Assembly (NCBI GenBank): GCA_964545575.1 | Contig: CAZJFL010000008.1 | Coordinates: 18,171-82,170 of the forward strand | Length of the DNA stretch: 64,000 nucleotides | Origin: an uncultured Planctomycetales bacterium | GTDB taxonomy: Bacteria; Omnitrophota; Gorgyraeia; Gygaellales; Profunditerraquicolaceae | Direction of reading: 5' to 3' | Part shown: positions 57,089 through 64,000 of the stretch, in pieces | How positions within the stretch are numbered: position 1 is the stretch's first letter | Layout of the letters: the number at the start of each line of letters is the position of its first letter | Notes under the pieces: model-generated | Told to the model about the DNA's origin: nothing | Databases searched by the model: none | What the model saw: the letters and a program-made list of their open reading frames with translations, nothing else | Position numbers and translations under genes: made by a program

Positions 57089-59602
57089 ATGAAAAAATTC
57101 CTTACCATAATTATTCCCCTCACGCTGGTCCTGGCGGTAAATCTCTACTACCGCGCCTTCCCGGTTAATTTCCCGCAGTTAAAAGAGCAAGCCCAGAATA
57201 TCGCCGAAAGCAGGATCTATCAGGAGGCAGCCTTGGTGGTCGATAAAGGCTTTCCCGGTTATTATTCCTCTGCCCGCAACCAGCTGATCAGCGCTTTTGT
57301 TAAGCAGTATAAAAAAGATAAAAAAGCAGCGATAAAAAAGGAGATAGAAGAGACTTATGCTAAATTAAAGGATAATTATCAGGATCCCAGCGGCTCAACT
57401 TATCTGATGGAGCTGGATTGCTGGCACTTTGCAAGATATGTAGGTAATGTTTTACGGCACGGCTATCCCGGGGACAAGATTGTAAACGCCAAGCAATGGG
57501 ATACCTTTGTGTTTGCGCCTTCCGGGACAGCTCTTGCCTGGAATAGCTTCCTTTATTATCTTAGTGCCTTTCTTTATAAAATATTTTCTTTGTTTAAGAA
57601 TGTTACGTTATTCCATTTTTTATTTTATCTGCCGCTGTTTTTTATCCTTATTTTTATTACCCTCTTGTACCTATTTTGTTTTTACCGCTGGGGCAGCATC
57701 GCCGCCATAACCAGTTCTTTATTTATCGGCTTAGCCCCGATTTTTCTCTTTCGTAGTTGTGCCGGCTGGTTTGACAGCGATATCTTACAACTTGCCTTCC
57801 CTTTATTGATTGTCTGGGCGTACCTTAAGGCGCAGGAAGCAGAATCTTTAAAGTTAAGGTTATTGTGGCTTTGTTTTTGCGCCTTCTGGGTCGGCCTATT
57901 TTGTTTTACTTGGCTGAACTGGTGGTTTATCTTTTTAATTATCATATTATATGAAATATATTACCTGGTGAACGCCGCTTCTAATTACCTGCAATATAAA
58001 ATTAGCGATAGTCCGGCGCTGGAAAAACACTTCTTTAGTTTAACGGTTTTTATTTTCTTCTCTTTATTCTGGATTATCCTTTTTTGCGGTTTCCAGCCGC
58101 TATCCGCCCTGTATTCCCAGATCAGAGGAGCGTTGACTCTGAACGATTCTTTATTAACTAGTTCTATCTGGCCTAATGTTTATTCCACGGTAGGGGAATT
58201 AAGAAAAGCGCGGGTGGCAGATATTGCTGGTTCAATAGGAGGGATTGTTTTAATTATCGCCTCCCTGATTTCTATGCTGGCGCTCTTTCTTTATACCTTG
58301 CGCAAAAGAAAGGATGCGGCTGACCATGCTCTTATCCTGATTTTTGTCTTCTGGCTGTTGAGCATGTTTTTTGCATGCTTCAAGGGTGTGCGTTTCAGCA
58401 TGTTTTTACTGATACCCCTGGGCGTATCCTTAGGCTGGGCATTTGCCGAGGGCTACGGATATTTGCAAAAGAGACAGATGAAATTACGGCTTGCCATGGC
58501 GATACTGGTGATGATTAGTTTCGGGGTTAAGTTTCTAATGAATGCCGATTTATCCGCGCGCAGGATCTTTCCGCTGATCGATGATAGCTGGTATAGGGTA
58601 TTGACCACCATAAAGGAAACGACCCCAGAGGACGCGATCATTAATTCCTGGTGGGATTTCGGGGATTGGTTTAAGGTGATTGCCGGCCGCCGGGTTATTT
58701 TTGACGGCCAGAGCCAAAATAATCCTCAAGCTTACTGGATGGCGCGCGTTTTATTAGCGCATGATGAAAAAGAGGCAGTAAGGATTCTGCGCATGCTCAA
58801 TAACGGCGGTAATCGGGCCTTTGAGATCATCAACGCCCAACTTAAAGACCCCTACAGGTCTATTTTTTTGTTAGAGAAGCTGATTTTATCCGATGGGCAG
58901 ATTGCAAAAGAAAGTTTATTAAAATTAATGCCGCCAGCTCCGGCCGAAGAAGTATTAAAACTGCTTAATACTTTGCCCGCCAAGGCATATTTTATCGTTG
59001 ACTACACCATGCAGGATAAAATAACGCCGATTTCTTTTCTGGGGAACTGGGATTTTGCTAAAATCTACATCGCGGACAACCTGAACAGGAAAACAAAGGC
59101 CCAAATCGAGGATTATCTTGAGAGCCTGGGCATAGATGGCAAGTTGGTGCAGAAGCTTTATCAGGAAGCTTCGCTAATCTCTGCCGGCGATTCCGAAAAC
59201 TGGATTTCACGCCGCCTGAGTTTCTATAACCGGTTAGTCGGCGGCCGCCAGAAAGATAATACGGTATTTTTTGATAACGGCCTGGTTTATAATCTCAATG
59301 ACCAGAGGGCTTCTTTATATTCTTATAGAGACTATGGGTATAAGATACCATTTAGCCTATTTAGCGAAGAAGGCGGCAGGTTAAAAGAGATTCTTTATCC
59401 GGATAGTAACCTGGATTTTTCGGTTTTAGTCCTTCGGGATAAGGAGGGTTACCACTCTATTCTGTTAGACCGGGACTTAGCGCCAAGTTTGTTTGTGCGC
59501 TTGTATTTCTTAGGCGGGGAAGGCCTAAAACATTTTAAACTCTTTACAGAGGATAAAATCGGCAATAACTCTATCAGGGTTTTTGAAATCATATGGGAAT
59601 AG
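57089..59602 (+). CDS. STT3/PglB/AglB-type oligosaccharyltransferase
   Basis: ELD, RS.AG.FD.D, TVGE, RF, SWWDFG, FDG; many TM segments. Confidence 0.85.
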   Translation: MKKFLTIIIPLTLVLAVNLYYRAFPVNFPQLKEQAQNIAESRIYQEAALVVDKGFPGYYSSARNQLISAFVKQYKKDKKAAIKKEIEETYAKLKDNYQDPSGSTYLMELDCWHFARYVGNVLRHGYPGDKIVNAKQWDTFVFAPSGTALAWNSFLYYLSAFLYKIFSLFKNVTLFHFLFYLPLFFILIFITLLYLFCFYRWGSIAAITSSLFIGLAPIFLFRSCAGWFDSDILQLAFPLLIVWAYLKAQEAESLKLRLLWLCFCAFWVGLFCFTWLNWWFIFLIIILYEIYYLVNAASNYLQYKISDSPALEKHFFSLTVFIFFSLFWIILFCGFQPLSALYSQIRGALTLNDSLLTSSIWPNVYSTVGELRKARVADIAGSIGGIVLIIASLISMLALFLYTLRKRKDAADHALILIFVFWLLSMFFACFKGVRFSMFLLIPLGVSLGWAFAEGYGYLQKRQMKLRLAMAILVMISFGVKFLMNADLSARRIFPLIDDSWYRVLTTIKETTPEDAIINSWWDFGDWFKVIAGRRVIFDGQSQNNPQAYWMARVLLAHDEKEAVRILRMLNNGGNRAFEIINAQLKDPYRSIFLLEKLILSDGQIAKESLLKLMPPAPAEEVLKLLNTLPAKAYFIVDYTMQDKITPISFLGNWDFAKIYIADNLNRKTKAQIEDYLESLGIDGKLVQKLYQEASLISAGDSENWISRRLSFYNRLVGGRQKDNTVFFDNGLVYNLNDQRASLYSYRDYGYKIPFSLFSEEGGRLKEILYPDSNLDFSVLVLRDKEGYHSILLDRDLAPSLFVRLYFLGGEGLKHFKLFTEDKIGNNSIRVFEIIWE

Positions 59603-60744
59603 AGAGAACGCAAGATATCGAAGTCTCGGTGGTGCTACCTTGTTTGAACGAAGAACAGGCAGTAGGCGCCTGCATTAAGAAGATTAAAGAAGTATTTGCC
59701 CGAGAGGGAATCAGGGGAGAAATTATTGTTGCCGATAACGGCTCAGTCGACCGCTCAAGGGAGATTGCCGAGAGAGAAGGGGCGAGGGTTGTATCCGAGC
59801 CGCAAAAGGGTTACGGCGCAGCGTATCTTGCGGGGTTAAAAGAAGCCAGAGGAAAATACATCGTCATTGCCGATAGCGATAACTCCTATGATTTTTATGA
59901 CATACCCAAGTTCCTGGTGCCATTAAAGGAAGATTATGATTTTGTGATCGGCTCAAGATTCAAGGGTAAAATCGAGAAAGGCGCGATGGCCTGGCCGCAC
60001 CGTTATATCGGCAATCCCGTTCTTTCCGGAATGACCAGGGTTTTTTTCCATACCCGCCTTTCGGATATTCATTGCGGAATGCGCGCCTTTACGGCTGAAG
60101 CATACCGTAAAATGGATTTGAAGAGCTTGGGCATGGAGTTTGCTACCGAAATGGTGGTGGCAGCTTTACAGAACGGTCTTAAGATACGCGAAGTTCCTAT
60201 TGATTATCATCTGCGCCGGGGTAAATCAAAACTGCTTCCGCTATCCGATGCCTGGCGGCATATCCGTTTTATGCTGCTTTATTCTCCGCTCTGGCTTTAT
60301 TTTATTCCGGGAATGTTGGGGTTCGGCTTAGGGATGTTCATTTTATTGTTGTCGGCCAAAGGCCCGTTCATGTTTTTGGGTCGTTCCTGGGACCTGCATG
60401 TCATGGTTTTTGCAAGTAGCCTCTGCATCCTTTCGTATCAAATCTTAAATCTCGGGGTGTATGCGCATTCATACGCTATTTCCCAGGGTTTTCTGAAAAG
60501 CGAGCCGTTGATGGCGTTTTTTCAGCGTCGCTTCAGCCTTGAGAAGGGCATTCTGCTGGGAGCGCTTTTTTTCTTGTCCGGACTGGTGATCAATATCGTT
60601 ATATTCATAGAATGGTTTTCCAATAGCTTCGGTCCGCTATACAGGATACGCGAGTCTATTTTGGCAATGACTTTTTTGGTTATCGGCCTGCAGACCATCT
60701 TTTCTTCTTTTTTTATCAGCCTTTTATTTTTAAGGAAGAGATAA
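59593..60744 (+). CDS. GT2 glycosyltransferase (Dol-P-Man synthase-like) with C-terminal TMs
   Basis: PCLNEE, DNGS.D, GYG.A, DSD, GSRF, FATEM. Confidence 0.88.
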   Translation: MGIERTQDIEVSVVLPCLNEEQAVGACIKKIKEVFAREGIRGEIIVADNGSVDRSREIAEREGARVVSEPQKGYGAAYLAGLKEARGKYIVIADSDNSYDFYDIPKFLVPLKEDYDFVIGSRFKGKIEKGAMAWPHRYIGNPVLSGMTRVFFHTRLSDIHCGMRAFTAEAYRKMDLKSLGMEFATEMVVAALQNGLKIREVPIDYHLRRGKSKLLPLSDAWRHIRFMLLYSPLWLYFIPGMLGFGLGMFILLLSAKGPFMFLGRSWDLHVMVFASSLCILSYQILNLGVYAHSYAISQGFLKSEPLMAFFQRRFSLEKGILLGALFFLSGLVINIVIFIEWFSNSFGPLYRIRESILAMTFLVIGLQTIFSSFFISLLFLRKR

Positions 60745-60762
60745 ATAAACCTTATTTCCGCA

Positions 60763-61902
60763 ATGATTTTACTCTTTTTGTTTTATTTATTTTTTATAGC
60801 GGGCCTTTTTTGGGCTTACGGCGGATACCTGTGTTCCATCATCGTCTTTTCTGCAATATTTAAAAAGAAAAATATCATCGATGAATCTTATACTCCCGCT
60901 GCGACGATAATCATACCTACCTACAACGAAGAAGTAGTTATCGCTAAGAAATTAGAGGATATTTTAAGCCAGGATTATCCTAAGGAAAAACTTCAGATCA
61001 TTGTAGTTGATAGCGGCTCGACAGATAAGACCAGGGAAATCGTAAGCAATTATTTCAGATACGGCATAGAATTGGTAGAACAGCCCGAAAGAGAAGGTAA
61101 GGGTGCGGCTATACAGCACGGATTAAATTTTGCCAAAAATGAAATAATAGTAGTTACGGATGCCAACTCGTATTTCCAGTCCGGTACCTTAAAATATTTG
61201 CTAAGAAATTTTTCTGACCCCCGGGTGGGAGGCGTAACAGGAAGGTATTTCGGCAAAAGCATTAAAGATAACGCGCAATCCAAGGGGGGCGGCATATTTA
61301 GGGAATACGAAAATATTTTACGCAAATTTGAGACACAGATCGATTCAGCGGTCAGCCTTTTCGGAGAAATTTTCTCTGCCAGAAGAGAGATTCTAGCCAT
61401 AGACCAAAGGAAATTAACCGAAGATTTCGACAGTTCGGTCTATATCAGGAAAAAGGGGTATAAATTAAGCTTTGAACCTGATGCTTCTGTCTATGAATAT
61501 CTGCCCTATACCGAAAAAGATATAGTCCTGCAAAGAAAAAAAGTAATTATCGGCACAATCCAGACTCTATTGAAATATAAGTCAATGCTGTTTAATCCCA
61601 AGTATGGATTCTATGGGCTGCTTATCCTGCCCGGGCATAAACTGGCCCAGATTTTAAGCCCTTTTTTCCTTACGGGTTTTTTAGCGCTTTCTTTGTTTTT
61701 CTGGAAAGCGTCCCTTTTAATAATTTTTTGCGCGTTAGTTTTTTTAAAAGCCGCTTTAATATTAATAAGGAAAAAAATCTCCATCTTAGGCCTGGTTAAA
61801 TATTTTACGCTGATAAATATTTGTTGTTTATCAGCCTGGAAGGATTATTTGCTGGGCCACTATACAGTAAAGTGTGAAAAGATGCAGGGTTCGCGCGCAT
61901 AA
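60763..61902 (+). CDS. GT2 membrane glycosyltransferase
   Basis: PTYNEE, DSGSTD, TDAN, TEDF, QRKK. Confidence 0.85.
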   Translation: MILLFLFYLFFIAGLFWAYGGYLCSIIVFSAIFKKKNIIDESYTPAATIIIPTYNEEVVIAKKLEDILSQDYPKEKLQIIVVDSGSTDKTREIVSNYFRYGIELVEQPEREGKGAAIQHGLNFAKNEIIVVTDANSYFQSGTLKYLLRNFSDPRVGGVTGRYFGKSIKDNAQSKGGGIFREYENILRKFETQIDSAVSLFGEIFSARREILAIDQRKLTEDFDSSVYIRKKGYKLSFEPDASVYEYLPYTEKDIVLQRKKVIIGTIQTLLKYKSMLFNPKYGFYGLLILPGHKLAQILSPFFLTGFLALSLFFWKASLLIIFCALVFLKAALILIRKKISILGLVKYFTLINICCLSAWKDYLLGHYTVKCEKMQGSRA

Positions 61903-61903
61903 T

Positions 61904-63061
61904 ATGAGAATCGGCATTGATGCCTTATCTGCGCTACCCGCCAGAAATGACGGGGTAGTGACTTATTTGCGCAATCTTCTTAAAGAGATTGCCCGGCTTG
62001 ATGAAAAGAATGAATATATTTTATTTGTCAGTAAAGAAAATAAGGGCATTTTTCTGCCGCAGGGGGGTAACTTTAAGGAAGTAATCTGTCCGATTAAGGC
62101 ATTGTCCAGGCCGTTGCGCATCTTCTGGGAACAGTTTATTCTGCCATTCCAGATTCATAATCAGCGGATAGATTTGCTTTTTTCTCCCGGCTATACCGCA
62201 CCCATTCTTTGCCAAAAACCATTAGTGCTTACCGTCTATGATACCTATCATTTCAGCTTTACGCGGAGCCTGCCTCAATTCGAATTATTTATCTGGAGGG
62301 TTTTAAATAGATTATCAATCAAAAGAGCAAAAAAGATAATCACGGTTTCCCGCAGTTCGGAAAAAGATATATTGAATATATTCGGGTTAGAAAAAAGCAA
62401 AGTATCAGTTATCTATGCGGCGGCAGATGAGTCATTCTGCTCTGGCCATGCTCAGGAAGATATTAGTGGAATAAAGAAAAAATACGGCATAAAAGATGAT
62501 TTTATCTTAAGCGTAGCCACGATGCGCCCTAATAAGAATATGCGCCGGCTTTTAGAAGCGTTCAATATCTTAAAGACGCGATACCATATTCCGCATCAGT
62601 TGGTATTAGCCGGCGCTATCAATCCGGGGGTTAAAATAAGCGGTAAGCAAGATGCCGTATTGACCGGACATGTCCCGGCGGCAGACCTTCCTTTGCTTTA
62701 CTCCGCGGCGTCGTTACTCGTGCTGCCCTCTATATTCGAAGGGTTCGGTCTGCCGGCTGTAGAGGCAATGTCATGCGGCACGCCCGTAGCTGCCTCCGGC
62801 GTCACCTCTTTACCAGAAATTATCCAAGACGCAGGATTGTTTTTTGATCCTTTTAATACCGAGGATATGGCGAAAACTATTTACAGGCTGTTAAGTGACG
62901 AAGCATTAAGAAAGCGGTTATCCGGGAAGGGCCTAGAAAGAGCAAAGCAATTTTCATGGGGGCAGGCCGCTCGTGAGACTTTAGGTATATTCAAGGAAGT
63001 TATTCAAATCTCCAGAAGGCAAGATAAACAACAGCCTATCATTAAATTCAGGATTAATTAA
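61904..63061 (+). CDS. GT4 glycosyltransferase
   Basis: MRIGID, P.KN..RL, EGFGLPAVEAM. Confidence 0.9.
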   Translation: MRIGIDALSALPARNDGVVTYLRNLLKEIARLDEKNEYILFVSKENKGIFLPQGGNFKEVICPIKALSRPLRIFWEQFILPFQIHNQRIDLLFSPGYTAPILCQKPLVLTVYDTYHFSFTRSLPQFELFIWRVLNRLSIKRAKKIITVSRSSEKDILNIFGLEKSKVSVIYAAADESFCSGHAQEDISGIKKKYGIKDDFILSVATMRPNKNMRRLLEAFNILKTRYHIPHQLVLAGAINPGVKISGKQDAVLTGHVPAADLPLLYSAASLLVLPSIFEGFGLPAVEAMSCGTPVAASGVTSLPEIIQDAGLFFDPFNTEDMAKTIYRLLSDEALRKRLSGKGLERAKQFSWGQAARETLGIFKEVIQISRRQDKQQPIIKFRIN

Positions 63062-64000
63062 ATGAAAGTTTTGCTCATAAATCCCAGCGGCGGCTATAAA
63101 CACGAATATCCTCCGCTCGGGCTGCTTTATATCGCCGCTGTATTAAAAAAATCCGGCCACGAAGTCCTCTTTTTCGATGAAGGAGTGGAATTTAAGAAAA
63201 AAAACAATTTATTGGATTATATCGGCCATTTTAAACCCGCTGCCTGCGGCATAGCTCTTTATACCACTAATCTGTATGAGGCTTTTAAGACAATAGGAAA
63301 TATCAAAAAGAAATATCCGGATTGCGTTATTTTTGTCGGAGGCCCCCACGCAACGGTGTTACCCGAGAAGACGCTGTCTGAATGCCCGGCTATAGATTTT
63401 TTGATCTGCGGCGAAGGCGAGAATACCACGGTAGAACTATTGGATAAAATAAGTAACGGAAACACCATTTCCGGGGTCAACGGTTTATATTACCGAGAAG
63501 GCGGCAATATAAAAAATACGCCTCCAAGGTTATTAATCGATAATCTGGATACCATCCCTTTTCCATCCTATGAATTAACGCGAGGGCTAAATTATAGATT
63601 TGATACTATCAGGGCCGGTAGAAAAGTCGCTACTATTATGACTTCCAGAGGCTGTCCTTATGAGTGCGTTTTTTGCGCCGCCAAGGCCGTATGGAAAAAA
63701 AGTTTTAGAAGGCGTAGCCCCGAGAACGTCGTCAAAGAAATCGCCTGGCTTACGCAAGAGTATGGTTATGATGAATTATATTTTATGGATGATCTGTTCG
63801 CCATAAACAGCAAATGGCTCGATGAGTTTTATTTATTAATGCGAGAATACAATATAAGGCTGCCATGGAAATGCTTAGGGCGCGTAGATTCATTGTCTTA
63901 TTCTGATTATGAGAGGATGGGTAAAAATGGGTGTTACGTTATACAGTTCGGCGTTGAATCCGGCGATAACAGGATACTCTGCGATATCAAGAAAAAAATA
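63062..64000 (+). CDS. B12-binding radical SAM protein (runs off the window end)
   Basis: Translated by hand: MKVLLINP..PPLGLLYIAA..GGPHAT..GEGE..TSRGCPYECVFC. Confidence 0.88.
   Translation, partial: MKVLLINPSGGYKHEYPPLGLLYIAAVLKKSGHEVLFFDEGVEFKKKNNLLDYIGHFKPAACGIALYTTNLYEAFKTIGNIKKKYPDCVIFVGGPHATVLPEKTLSECPAIDFLICGEGENTTVELLDKISNGNTISGVNGLYYREGGNIKNTPPRLLIDNLDTIPFPSYELTRGLNYRFDTIRAGRKVATIMTSRGCPYECVFCAAKAVWKKSFRRRSPENVVKEIAWLTQEYGYDELYFMDDLFAINSKWLDEFYLLMREYNIRLPWKCLGRVDSLSYSDYERMGKNGCYVIQFGVESGDNRILCDIKKKI

Noticed and set aside
956-63480. Numerous antisense or nested ORFs in the six-frame track
   Set aside because: They lie within well-supported genes and lack motifs; treated as shadow ORFs.

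Overview
Bacterial chromosomal window, mostly + strand; gene content and style suggest Candidatus Omnitrophota (inference only). It carries small accessory genes (1-8.4 kb), a translation/RNA-helper block (DEAD-box helicase, cyclophilin, ABC-F, Csp, an unusual membrane-anchored EF-G, GreA), ispH/polyprenyl synthase, envelope genes, hppA, a housekeeping run (trxA, pta, ackA, panD, def, lipA, trxB, pckG, purC), a type IV pilus/T2SS-like cluster, tRNA-Ala(CGC), an STT3-type oligosaccharyltransferase and glycosyltransferases. The best candidate for an undescribed system is 28.9-35.4 kb: an ECF sigma factor, a soluble zinc anti-sigma, a membrane-spanning CHAT (caspase-like) protease with an external TPR domain, a beta-propeller/half-TolC protein and a REP-flanked HUH transposase (RAYT). 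Three exact copies of an ECF-type promoter, GTTAGA-N15-CGTCTATTA, link these genes. The second highlight is a full EF-G fused to an N-terminal membrane anchor and a long coiled coil. All calls come from reading motifs by eye; no database searches were run.
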